This document shows positions 9,725 through 19,463 of a DNA stretch of 64,000 nt, in pieces (position 1 is the stretch's first letter; the number at the start of each line of letters is the position of its first letter). The DNA is from a virus: IMG/VR virus record IMGVR_UViG_3300032241_003323, positions 6,042 to 70,041 of that record. One strand, written 5' to 3'. The translations under genes and the position numbers were made by a program. The notes beneath the pieces were generated by a model that was given only the letters and a program-made list of their open reading frames with translations, had not been told where the DNA came from and made no database searches.

Positions 9725-10776
9725 CGTCTCTTTTTTGTTTGGGTTCGAGAAGAAAATCCAAAATCCTTACGATCAACATCTTGGAAAGAATCTGGAGCTT
9801 CTTCTTTCATAAGATTCAAACACTCTAGAGAATCCTCGTAATTATCTCCCAAGATGACAACAGCGGTAAAAAGCTCCTTCAAATGAGCCAAGCTAAATTC
9901 ATGAGTATCAACAACCCATTTTTGCAAGTCAATATTCAAAGAATCAATGTTATCTTTTCCAATAAGATGTTCAAGATAAATGCGACGACTTTCTTCATTG
10001 GGATATCCAATTTTAAATCTCTTATCAAAACGACTAGGACGATTAATAATTCTTGGTCCTAGTTTTTCTGGGTAATTGGTTGTTGCCAAGAAAACAACTT
10101 TTTCAATTTGATTAATTCCATCCAAAATATTAAGAACTTCACTCTCGGAATAATTCTCCAATATGCTATCAATATCTTCCATTAAAACAACAATTGGAGT
10201 AATTGGCTGAATTTCTCTAAATTTACGAACGCCTTCAATAAACAAACTCGGCACAGTAAATTTGATAACAATCCCGCCACGATCCACCACATCTCGCATA
10301 ATCAATTGGATCGTGCAACTTTTGCCAGATCCCGGTGGACCCCAAAGAATAATTCCTCTTTTATACACCAAATTATATTGGCGAAAGATTTTCTCTTTCT
10401 TCCAAAACTTTTGAATTTCTGTAACGACTTTTTCAGAATTTGTTTCTGGAAATCTTATCAATCCAGTATCTAAAACAGGAATTTGCTCAAAATAAATACC
10501 AGTTGTATTGCTAACTCTAATATCATAAGCACCAGGAGTTATCTTCTTTACGCTTTTTCCAGAAGGTATAAATCTTTTTCCATCCGATGTGGCCCACTGA
10601 GAATATCCGCCCATTAAATCTTCCTCTTTTTCTGAATCCTCTAAATAATTTTCATTTTCTTTTATTTGTTCGCCATAAGATGGCAATGCCGCTAGCTCTC
10701 TCATAAACACAGCATCTGAAATTAAATGCTTTTTAAAAAAGTCATCCTCTTTAGACATTTCAAGCTCCGAAAACAA
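9721..10776 (-). CDS. AAA+ ATPase
   Basis: Walker A GPPGSGKS, Walker B VLMEDID, ATTN, RPSRFD. Confidence 0.9.
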   Translation of the reverse strand: MFSELEMSKEDDFFKKHLISDAVFMRELAALPSYGEQIKENENYLEDSEKEEDLMGGYSQWATSDGKRFIPSGKSVKKITPGAYDIRVSNTTGIYFEQIPVLDTGLIRFPETNSEKVVTEIQKFWKKEKIFRQYNLVYKRGIILWGPPGSGKSCTIQLIMRDVVDRGGIVIKFTVPSLFIEGVRKFREIQPITPIVVLMEDIDSILENYSESEVLNILDGINQIEKVVFLATTNYPEKLGPRIINRPSRFDKRFKIGYPNEESRRIYLEHLIGKDNIDSLNIDLQKWVVDTHEFSLAHLKELFTAVVILGDNYEDSLECLNLMKEEAPDSFQDVDRKDFGFSSRTQTKKRR

Positions 10777-10849
10777 TGTAGATTGAACGAGATGATTATA
10801 AACAAAAAAACCTAAAAATAAAGATAAAACTATAATTTTTTATTTACAA

Positions 10850-12052
10850 TCAAATTTGAAAGCCGCCAGGAGTGCGACCGGAAAATTTTAACAAATCGGC
10901 CTTTGTATAAACAATGTTATGACATTTGTGCCAATCAGTAGGAAAGAAATTTTTTATTCTATTCAACTGAAATTTTACAGGAGTTCCTATACTCTTTGCC
11001 TGATCTGCATAGGCGTAGTACCAAAAACTATTACTATTCCAAAAAGAAATATTTCTAGGATCTTGAAAAGCCCCACGACCGTCAGTTGATGGAGTTTGTG
11101 TTAAAAACCAACCATTTGGAGCCAAACACCTATAAACCTCTGTCATTGTGTGAATAGGCTTTAAATATTGCAAAGCATCATGAGCACGAAACAAACCAAT
11201 TGTTCCATCTTCAAATGGCCATTTTTCATTAAAACCTTTTGTAATATCAAAAAATTCATATCCGTTTGTTTTATTTTCATCACTACAAATATCCACTTTT
11301 CTCAGACCATTAATATCACACCATTTTTCCACCAAAGAATAAATATACTTATCATGAATATCCAAAGTCATTTCTTGAATTTTTAAATTCTTTTCGCCAT
11401 AACACGTATTTTCAGCATGAATATGATACAAATAAAGAGGTTTATCTATATGTTTCATTGCTCCATTAATATAAGTCCTACATAAAATATCCTGATCATC
11501 CAGGATGTCCATTTCAATGTCGTGACCACCAATTTTTTTATAAAAACTAGATTTCCAAGCACGAAAATGATTGGGGGCATACCATATTTTACTAATTGAA
11601 GCTGGACTTGGAGAAAAAGAAAGCATCTCTTTTAAATCATAACTTTTATATTTACAAGGTCTAAACAACCAACCATATTCAGAATCAAAAATTCTTGGCT
11701 TATAATTTTCCTCAACACTACAGCAATTAGAATACACAAAATCAATCAAAGGATCTTGAAAAGCATTAAAACACTCCTCAAACGCTTCTGGAAACAATTC
11801 ATCATCATGATCTACTTCTATTAAAATATCGCCAGTTGCCATGTTCGCTGCATAGTTTTTTAAAAACCCAATATTTTTAGATTTATCACAAGGACAAATT
11901 TTAATTCTTTCATCGGGAATTGGTTCAATCATCACTCCATTATTTGGAACAATAATCCATTCCCAATTTTTATAAGTTTGCTCTAAAAAAGAAGAATACA
12001 AACGATTAATAAATTTAGGATTATGTGTTGGAGTAAATGCTGAAATTTTCAT
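10850..12052 (-). CDS. GT2 glycosyltransferase fused to a SAM-methyltransferase-like domain
   Basis: TPTHN, QTYKNWEWIIV, VDHDD; C-terminal 'EVYRCLAPNG..TPSTDGRGAFQDP'. Confidence 0.85.
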   Translation of the reverse strand: MKISAFTPTHNPKFINRLYSSFLEQTYKNWEWIIVPNNGVMIEPIPDERIKICPCDKSKNIGFLKNYAANMATGDILIEVDHDDELFPEAFEECFNAFQDPLIDFVYSNCCSVEENYKPRIFDSEYGWLFRPCKYKSYDLKEMLSFSPSPASISKIWYAPNHFRAWKSSFYKKIGGHDIEMDILDDQDILCRTYINGAMKHIDKPLYLYHIHAENTCYGEKNLKIQEMTLDIHDKYIYSLVEKWCDINGLRKVDICSDENKTNGYEFFDITKGFNEKWPFEDGTIGLFRAHDALQYLKPIHTMTEVYRCLAPNGWFLTQTPSTDGRGAFQDPRNISFWNSNSFWYYAYADQAKSIGTPVKFQLNRIKNFFPTDWHKCHNIVYTKADLLKFSGRTPGGFQI

Positions 12053-12144
12053 AAAAGTACAATAGTTATTGGATTTTAAAACATATATAAAATAATTATA
12101 AAAAAACAAAAAGGCAACTAAATAATAAAAATGGAGATAATTTT

Positions 12145-13215
12145 ATGTCATATATCAAATTTCAAGAATATCTAGAACGAAAGAAAAAAGTTCCAGTAGA
12201 AAAGGTTCCAGAATATAAAGGCAAAGTGGTATCTTCCCCAGACAATGAAGATATGCATAAAAATGCTGGCGGCAAAGGCCAAAAAGGAAAGCAAAATCCA
12301 TATAAATCAGGACAAGACGCAAAAGACCCAAACAAAGGCAAATTGAGTGATGGATTTGCAACAAAGGGTGATAAAAAATTAAAATATGAGCCAAGCGATG
12401 CCCTATACGGAGGAACTGGCAACGTGAGTAAAAGCGAACAAGGAGTTCCTGGGGGAAAAAAGGTTGCTGACTGGCCTAAAACAAAAACACAAGAATGGGT
12501 AGATAGAACTAAGAGTTTATCTTTAGCAGAATTTACAAAAAAAATTCGTGAGGAAAATTTGAAAGGTGTAGAAGACTTTGAAGATACTCCACATGATTCT
12601 ATTCAAAAAACAGTTTCAATTTGCAATCGAAACAAAAAATATATTTCTGATTTAGTTCGTGAAATGAAAAGAAATAGACTTTTCGGAAAACTAATGAAAG
12701 AAATGATGAATCACCCAGAAACATTTGAAAATTTGACAGAACTTATGCAAAATGAATCATACAGCCACAAATTTTCAAAATTAATCCATGAAATGGTAGG
12801 ACCACCAATTGGTGGGGAAGACGACAAAGAAATGAACAAATCTCCAAAATCTTTACCATCTCCAAGCATGGGACACGATGATATGGATCATGATGAAGAC
12901 CATGAAGACATGGATCATGACGATCACGATGATATGGGACACGATGATATGGATCATGATGATCACGATGACATGGGACATGACGACATGGATCATGATG
13001 ATCATGATGATGAAGACCATGACGACATGGGCCACGATGATGAAGACCATGACGACATGGATCATGATGATCACGATGACATGGGACATGACGACATGGA
13101 CCACGATGATCATGATATAGACCTAGATCATGATCATCCTTCTTCACAAAAGATTTCTCCTCACCAAAAATTAATGAATGCTATGAAAAACCATCCTGCA
13201 TTCCATGGAAAATAA
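12145..13215 (+). CDS. putative virion/internal protein with a His/Asp/Met-rich repeat tail
   Basis: GGAG RBS, N-terminal KFQEYLE, downstream terminator. Confidence 0.7.
   Translation: MSYIKFQEYLERKKKVPVEKVPEYKGKVVSSPDNEDMHKNAGGKGQKGKQNPYKSGQDAKDPNKGKLSDGFATKGDKKLKYEPSDALYGGTGNVSKSEQGVPGGKKVADWPKTKTQEWVDRTKSLSLAEFTKKIREENLKGVEDFEDTPHDSIQKTVSICNRNKKYISDLVREMKRNRLFGKLMKEMMNHPETFENLTELMQNESYSHKFSKLIHEMVGPPIGGEDDKEMNKSPKSLPSPSMGHDDMDHDEDHEDMDHDDHDDMGHDDMDHDDHDDMGHDDMDHDDHDDEDHDDMGHDDEDHDDMDHDDHDDMGHDDMDHDDHDIDLDHDHPSSQKISPHQKLMNAMKNHPAFHGK
12868..13137 (+). repeat. low-complexity tandem repeat (MGHDD/MDHDDHDD)n
   Basis: about 90 codons of repeated gat/gac/cat/cac/atg. Confidence 0.9.
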
Positions 13216-13222
13216 TTAAAAT

Positions 13223-13256
13223 AAAAAAGACCACATAAATTATGTGGTCTTTTTTT
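13223..13256. terminator. bidirectional intrinsic terminator
   Basis: AAAAAAGACCACATA-AAT-TATGTGGTCTTTTTT between convergent genes. Confidence 0.85.
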
Positions 13257-13263
13257 ATAAAAA

Positions 13264-14641
13264 TCACGCAGGAATTGCGTCTTTAAATTCAAGAATTAAA
13301 GACCTACCACCACGAGCTTCACTCATAAATCTACTAAACAAAAGATCTTCATAAATTGGGTCCACATTAGTTACACCCAAAAGATAAAGAGTCAATGATC
13401 CTGCACCACTTCCTCTTCCTGGACCAACTGCCTGAGATCCATCTCCATAACCAAGAATTTCTTTACATATGCGACGAGCTTCATCAGTCATCATTTTTTG
13501 AATCAAAAAATAACTAGAAAATCCTTTTCGGGTAATAAGACTGTACTCTTCTTTAATTCGCTCAATATATTCTCTAGTTTGCGATAATCCACGCATTTTA
13601 ATGCCTTTAATTATTTCTTCTTTAAGAATTTCATCGGCATCTGGAATTTCTGGAAGTTTTAACGACCTGTCTAATTTTACACCTTTAGCCTTATTACATA
13701 TTTCAACTGTATTCATCTTCGCTTGACAAAATAATTCATAAGGAATTACATCAGAATAATCCTTTAACCACTTTTCATTTATTTCTTCTTCGGATTTCAT
13801 CCAAAGATTCGCATCCTGTAATTCAAAAAAATCTTGCATCTGATCTTGAGCCATCGCATTCTTAATGTCCATTATTGTTCTATTGGTTTGAACCATAAGC
13901 ATTAATCTTTGAAAATGACTATCCTCCTGATTGCAATAATGACAGTCGTTTGAAATTATAATTTTTAATCCATATTTTTCGTGAGCTTTAACAATAAATG
14001 CGTCATATGGTTTTTGCTTGTGAAAATCAAGAAGCATCATTTCTAAGAAATAATGATCTTTTCCAAACATGTCAACATAACGCTCTATTACATCAAACGC
14101 TGCATCTTCTCCGTGTTGATCAAACGCTCTTCCAACTTCGCTGTTGTAGCAACACGATGTAAAAAACAACCCTTCTTTATGTTTTAAAAGCTGATCATAA
14201 TTAACTCTTGGGCGACGATAAAATCCTTTAACCCATGCCCAAGAAGACAATCTGACCAAATTTTTATATCCAACTTCATTATATGCAATTGCCAACAAGT
14301 GAGGACTTGATCTGCATTCCTTCTTTTCATCCTCATTTAAATCATCCATGTACTTTTGCATATAATCCAATCCAGTAGATTCTGGCTGGAGATTGTTTAC
14401 ATATAACTCGACTGCAAAAATAGGAGAAAGAGTATCTTTCCCCATTTTATCGTTTATTTTATCGCACGCTTTAATTTGACGTGGAACGGCACTCATCATG
14501 CCGTGATCGCTTATTGTCAAAAATTTTTGATTAATTTTAGGAGCACGTTGTGAATATTCTTCTACAGTTCCAAAACCATCTAATAAAGACATATCGGTAT
14601 AGCTAGTGCAAGTGAAGATGTTCAAAACCGACAATCTTCAC
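13264..14641 (-). CDS. dnaE: DNA polymerase III alpha, N-terminal part (PHP domain); frame interrupted after codon 12
   Basis: SLLDG, SDHG, VELY, NDCHY, GPGRGSGAGSL and RFM motifs; AGGAGG plus GTG at 14641 gives MKIVGFEHLHLH-TAG in a different frame. Confidence 0.9.
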
Positions 14642-14763
14642 TTGCGACTGGCCTCCTTTCAAAATAATCTGAGTCATCTGACTCTCCTCGGTGTGATATT
14701 TTTTGAAATGAGCCAACTCTCAAATTGAGTTGGATCGTATTTGCCGCCTTTTGAGATGTTCTC

Positions 14764-14792
14764 GTTATACATCATGGGTTGAAGATTGTCAA
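14764..14792 (-). promoter_or_regulatory. sigma70-type promoter for dnaE-N
   Basis: TTGACA-17 nt-TATAAC, with TG before the -10 box. Confidence 0.75.
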
Positions 14793-14839
14793 GGCTATTG
14801 ATCGCTTTAATGTCAGTGACGCCATAATCAATAAAGGCT

Positions 14840-15538
14840 TTAATTGGATGATTTTTTATAATAATAAACAAGCATTGTTTTTTCAGAACTCATCATTCCA
14901 CGATTTTCATTTCCAACATAATACAATTTTTGATCAAAAGGCAGCGATGCTTCGTTGGAAAATAATTTCATGAACCAATTACCAATTTTTAAAATTAAAT
15001 AAATTGGCGAAGAAACAATATCCTTAATATATTCAGGATCTACCAAAGGATATCCAACGTTTTTATAAATTGTAGCAACACATTCTGTACAATAAAATTT
15101 ATTAGGATCAGAAAACGTAAAATCATAGTCTGGATCTAAATCCAGAACATTTTGAATTTGTTGTGAAATTTTATCTCTTAAATCTTGATCAATATTTTTC
15201 AATCTATAAATTGAAAAATCATCCCCATAAGAAGTATCCAACCAATCAACCAATCTATAAAGAACAGTTCCTTGATCATTTATTTCTAATACAAATTGAG
15301 AATCTTCTTTTATAAATGCAATTGCGGAATGAGAATATTTTCCTTTAGATAGCAAAGAAACCAATCGGCTAAAAGGAAGTCCTAAAGGACCAATTGCATT
15401 GCTAGATCGGTAAAGAATATCTCCAGTTTCAAGAGGTATTTTTTTTAATTGATCTTCAATTTGATATCGGACCTCATGAAGAGGTCCGAATTTGAACATC
15501 AATTCTTTAACTTTTTCATCGGTAGTCTTTTGCACCAT
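14840..15538 (-). CDS. permuted papain-like amidase (YiiX/YebB, NlpC/P60 clan)
   Basis: ETGDILY, YSHSAI, YDFTF...FYCTECV. Confidence 0.8.
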   Translation of the reverse strand: MVQKTTDEKVKELMFKFGPLHEVRYQIEDQLKKIPLETGDILYRSSNAIGPLGLPFSRLVSLLSKGKYSHSAIAFIKEDSQFVLEINDQGTVLYRLVDWLDTSYGDDFSIYRLKNIDQDLRDKISQQIQNVLDLDPDYDFTFSDPNKFYCTECVATIYKNVGYPLVDPEYIKDIVSSPIYLILKIGNWFMKLFSNEASLPFDQKLYYVGNENRGMMSSEKTMLVYYYKKSSN

Positions 15539-17867
15539 AATATCCACCAGGATTTTTGTCAATTGCTGGAATGTTTGTAGGTGTGTACTGAGCCACATAA
15601 TCATTATATGTATAATACGCATTATACATTCCAGACCAACTTCCCACAGCCCTACTCTTAAAATAATTAAATAAACCCATGACATAGTTTACATCAGGAA
15701 GATTTTTTGAAGCAAAGGTTGGATCAGCAGTTAGAACAACAGAATTAACGTCTAATCCAATAGATTGCCATGGATTTATATCGGCAGAATATTGATTTCC
15801 AAATTTAAAACTTGTCTTACAATTATTTTTCTGATATGCATTATAATTCCATGACAATTTATTAACAGGGACTGGATTTTCTATAATGGCAGCCGACATA
15901 AGAGGATTATTCTTATAATCAACTCCAGTCGCAATCCTATTAATAACTAGATTATGATCAATAATTGCTTTTTTGGTTGGTGAATGATTATTCATACCAA
16001 TTCCACCAGCATCAATTGTTGTTTCGTGACGAACAGCAATATAAGCAGGATAATTAGGACCACCACTATCATGAAGGAAAGCATAAATTCCATCAAAATT
16101 AGCAACTTGCTTCCTGGTTTGATCTATTCCAGAGTTACCAATAGTGAAATTAAAGTCGTGAATTCCAACATATCCATAACTTGGTCCTGGTGACACAATA
16201 TGATTATAAAGACCCACATTAAAGAATAAGTTCTTATAACACATGTGAGTGTCATCAGAATTATAATTAGATGGGTTTCCTGCAAATACATTATATGCAG
16301 CAACACCACCACCTCTCATTTGCATTCCACTCAAACCGCCATCAAAGAAATAACATCCATGAGCCACAACCTGCCTAGACATAGCAGAAAGATAAACATT
16401 ATGATTAAATATATCATTATATTGTGGATCTTTTAAATCTTTCCATCCATTTTTAACAAATTGAGATTGACTAAACAACCAATCTCCACAATGAGCAGCA
16501 AAAAATCCTTGAACGTGTGCAGGAAAAGTTGGAGAACTCAAAGAAGAGTGAACTAAAGTTCTATGAAACATACAACCAATAGGAGCAATATGTTGAGCAC
16601 TTCCATAACTTCCAACTAAACAGAAATTTTGAAAAATACAATCGCTTAACACAACAAAATCATTTGGAGTGTTAGTAACCCAATAAGTATTGGCAACTAA
16701 ACTTGTATCTCTTCTAAATTCCAATCCTCTAAAATATTGATAAGGCCAACCACCATATAAAGCCCTGCCGCCACAAGTTGTATCGCCTTGACCAAATAAA
16801 GTGAATCCATTTTTGTATGAATCAGGATCTGATGAATCTTGCAATACAGGACGAGCATGAGGGTCATTTCCATAAGCAGGATTCCAATAACTTTCATAAA
16901 GAGTTGGAGTTGAAATTCCTGTTCCCCAATGCGCAGTAATCCATGGATCTGCTGGCCAAACGTATCCACGAAGCCAAGCAAAACGAACATTTTTCTGATC
17001 GCTTTTAATAATAGTATCGGCATATTTCTTAGTTTTAAAAGGCTTATCCATAGTTCCAGCATCTGGACTATCAACACCATGAGAATAAGAAATATAAACA
17101 GAACGTGTGAAAGTAAACCTATCTGTTGCTAAAAATCCAATATTATTTACTACAGACAAATTAACAGCATTATAATTTACGACTTGTTCTGTTCCTAAAC
17201 CATTTTCATCAACAACAATATTAGCAGGAGCATTAATTGAAACCTGATTTCCGCAAACAATTGATGTTGCAAGCAAACATGTTACTGTTACTGTTACCGA
17301 CTTGCTTGACCAAGGCTTGGTAACATCTGAGCTTCCATTATCTAAAATATAACTAGTTGGGCTATTTAAATTCGCAAATGGAACATTAGCAACCAAAGCA
17401 AGATTTTTTACAATTGGAACTGATGTGCATGCGTAAATATTTACAGATTGATCCGGTTGAACTGGAACCCTCCAATTCAACAATACTTTATTTTTATTGT
17501 CAAGACAAAAACCACTTTGTTCACCATAAGCATAAATCGGAGGACCAGTAAATATTTCATTGCCGTTTTGATCTGCAATTGCGATCAAAAAATAATAATT
17601 TCCAGCAACGAAATTTCCTCCAGAATATGGTGGATCTGCCCATGGCAAAGGCATATTCCAGTCCTCTGCCTGAACGCCGATTACCTCTGCTTGTTGTCCA
17701 TTAACGGATACAGATAATCCGCTATTTTTTCCAGGAAGATAATCAAAAAATCCACAATCATTAATTCGATTTAAAGGCTGTTGTCCAACTGAAACTCCAG
17801 CCTCAAACTGCATTCTAACCGTCAATCCATCACCAAGAACCTTAGCCGACGTTAATTTAAAACTCAT
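15516..17867 (-). CDS. right-handed beta-helix (pectin lyase-like) protein, putative virion depolymerase
   Basis: 'GTMDKPFKT', 'FNHNVYL' and 'GMQMRGGG' motifs, Asn/Gly-rich beta repeats. Confidence 0.6.
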   Translation of the reverse strand: MSFKLTSAKVLGDGLTVRMQFEAGVSVGQQPLNRINDCGFFDYLPGKNSGLSVSVNGQQAEVIGVQAEDWNMPLPWADPPYSGGNFVAGNYYFLIAIADQNGNEIFTGPPIYAYGEQSGFCLDNKNKVLLNWRVPVQPDQSVNIYACTSVPIVKNLALVANVPFANLNSPTSYILDNGSSDVTKPWSSKSVTVTVTCLLATSIVCGNQVSINAPANIVVDENGLGTEQVVNYNAVNLSVVNNIGFLATDRFTFTRSVYISYSHGVDSPDAGTMDKPFKTKKYADTIIKSDQKNVRFAWLRGYVWPADPWITAHWGTGISTPTLYESYWNPAYGNDPHARPVLQDSSDPDSYKNGFTLFGQGDTTCGGRALYGGWPYQYFRGLEFRRDTSLVANTYWVTNTPNDFVVLSDCIFQNFCLVGSYGSAQHIAPIGCMFHRTLVHSSLSSPTFPAHVQGFFAAHCGDWLFSQSQFVKNGWKDLKDPQYNDIFNHNVYLSAMSRQVVAHGCYFFDGGLSGMQMRGGGVAAYNVFAGNPSNYNSDDTHMCYKNLFFNVGLYNHIVSPGPSYGYVGIHDFNFTIGNSGIDQTRKQVANFDGIYAFLHDSGGPNYPAYIAVRHETTIDAGGIGMNNHSPTKKAIIDHNLVINRIATGVDYKNNPLMSAAIIENPVPVNKLSWNYNAYQKNNCKTSFKFGNQYSADINPWQSIGLDVNSVVLTADPTFASKNLPDVNYVMGLFNYFKSRAVGSWSGMYNAYYTYNDYVAQYTPTNIPAIDKNPGGYYGAKDYR

Positions 17868-17891
17868 AGTAAATAATTCCTTAAATAAATC

Positions 17892-18101
17892 TCAAGAACC
17901 TTGTTTAGAATTTTTCCAACTTTGGAAATCTTCTTCTAATTTTTTAGCTTGATCTTCTAAATCTTTAATTTCTGACTGAACTTTTTCGTAATAAGATTTT
18001 AATTCAGCAAGTTTAGATTTTTTCTTTTCAAGAATATCTTTAACTTTATTAGAAAAATCTATAAATTCATCAGTCAACAACCAATTTTGTTCCTCGGGCA
18101 T
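17892..18101 (-). CDS. small coiled-coil protein
   Basis: GAGG RBS before the ATG; heptad pattern. Confidence 0.5.
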   Translation of the reverse strand: MPEEQNWLLTDEFIDFSNKVKDILEKKKSKLAELKSYYEKVQSEIKDLEDQAKKLEEDFQSWKNSKQGS

Positions 18102-18105
18102 TCTA

Positions 18106-18705
18106 TTATTCCTCAATAAATTTATGAAATTTAATTTCTTTTCCTTCAATTAAAACTTTAGGATCAATAAATGATAAAAGTTTTGGCTTTCTAGATTTAG
18201 CATCATAATGAAGCCAAATCTGACATTTTTTATAAATTTTAGAACTCAAAACTAGTTTTGCACCATAACCAAAAGGCTTTATATTCGTCAAAATATTTGA
18301 TTCTAAAAATTCGTTCCACATCGCATTGTTGATTTTATGCACCGTCTTCCCATTGACCACTCTAATCATACCTTTAATAACTGATACATACATAAAATAC
18401 TCATATTTCATGTCTCTTCCTACAATATTGTCAGGACTATCAAAACCATAAAAAGGATCAAATAAAGAAGATAAAATATCTGTTTTAGAAGATTCTAACT
18501 CTTCTTTTGAGTTTAATCTTACTTTAATTGCACATCGCAAAGGCTTACCCGATTTCGCCACTGTCCAACAATCAGTTTTCTCACGACAGTCTTCATAAAA
18601 TGTGCTTTCATGTAAATTATATCCATTATTATTTAAATAAATACGAATGCGGTCTTCCCAACTTTTCCCAATTTTAACACGCTCTGAAATGCTCAAACTA
18701 TTCAT
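18106..18705 (-). CDS. possible PD-(D/E)xK nuclease-like protein
   Basis: 'GKSWEDRI...KTDCW...AIKVR' pattern; GAGG RBS. Confidence 0.35.
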   Translation of the reverse strand: MNSLSISERVKIGKSWEDRIRIYLNNNGYNLHESTFYEDCREKTDCWTVAKSGKPLRCAIKVRLNSKEELESSKTDILSSLFDPFYGFDSPDNIVGRDMKYEYFMYVSVIKGMIRVVNGKTVHKINNAMWNEFLESNILTNIKPFGYGAKLVLSSKIYKKCQIWLHYDAKSRKPKLLSFIDPKVLIEGKEIKFHKFIEE

Positions 18706-18779
18706 ATAGCGAACCTCAAAAAGTTGGATTTCAAATCAATTTAAATTATATAAAAAATTTTTATCTCAAACAATCAAAT

Positions 18780-19463
18780 TTAAAAACATTCTTTTATTTT
18801 TTCTAAACTATCGAAATCATTTTGACCAAAAACACCATCGGAAAAACCATAATAAACTGACTCTTCTGCGTTTAAATTCCAATCTCCCAATCTTCTAATT
18901 TTTTTATCAATAAATTTCATGACCGCTTCATGATTCATTTTCTTTTGAACAAAATAAGAACCATTTACAGCTCTGTTCGCATATATTTGCAGCATTCTAA
19001 TATCCATTTTTTTATTCCACGCTGCATTAGACTGAACTGTAGTTGTAACACCTTCCAAGCTAAGAAACCCACGATGAATCATAAATTCACAGGATGGCAT
19101 CATAATTCTTTTACATGCCGATTGAAGCAATATACTGCTCATTGAAGACACTTCGCCATAAGCCAATATCGTGACTGGAGAAATGGCTGCTTTTATAGCG
19201 TCAAACATTGCCATACCATGAGACCAATCTCCACCCGGACTCTGTAAGTGAACCAATATGTTTTGCTTGGTATTATCTCGATCTAATAAGTGTAAATTTT
19301 TAACAAATTGAGTGGCCATTCGATATTCAATTCCATTTTCTTCCTCATGACCAGAATAATGACTGTGTAAATAAATTTCACGACTTAAAAAATTCAAATC
19401 ATAATTATGAATTTGATTTGTTAATTCTATAAAATTATCTGAAAAATTTTTCTTTTTAGACAT
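18780..19463 (-). CDS. clpP: ClpP-family peptidase
   Basis: SPGG, SSMSS (catalytic Ser), FMIH, DWNLNAEESVYYGFSD. Confidence 0.85.
   Translation of the reverse strand: MSKKKNFSDNFIELTNQIHNYDLNFLSREIYLHSHYSGHEEENGIEYRMATQFVKNLHLLDRDNTKQNILVHLQSPGGDWSHGMAMFDAIKAAISPVTILAYGEVSSMSSILLQSACKRIMMPSCEFMIHRGFLSLEGVTTTVQSNAAWNKKMDIRMLQIYANRAVNGSYFVQKKMNHEAVMKFIDKKIRRLGDWNLNAEESVYYGFSDGVFGQNDFDSLEKIKECF

Noticed and set aside
12743-13147. Alternative-frame and antisense ORFs over the His/Asp repeat
   Set aside because: Shadow ORFs produced by low-complexity sequence
14603-14605. Genome-wide TAG reassignment as the explanation for the dnaE stop
   Set aside because: Long genes are intact in the standard code, and read-through alone would not fix the frame because the gap is 7 nt
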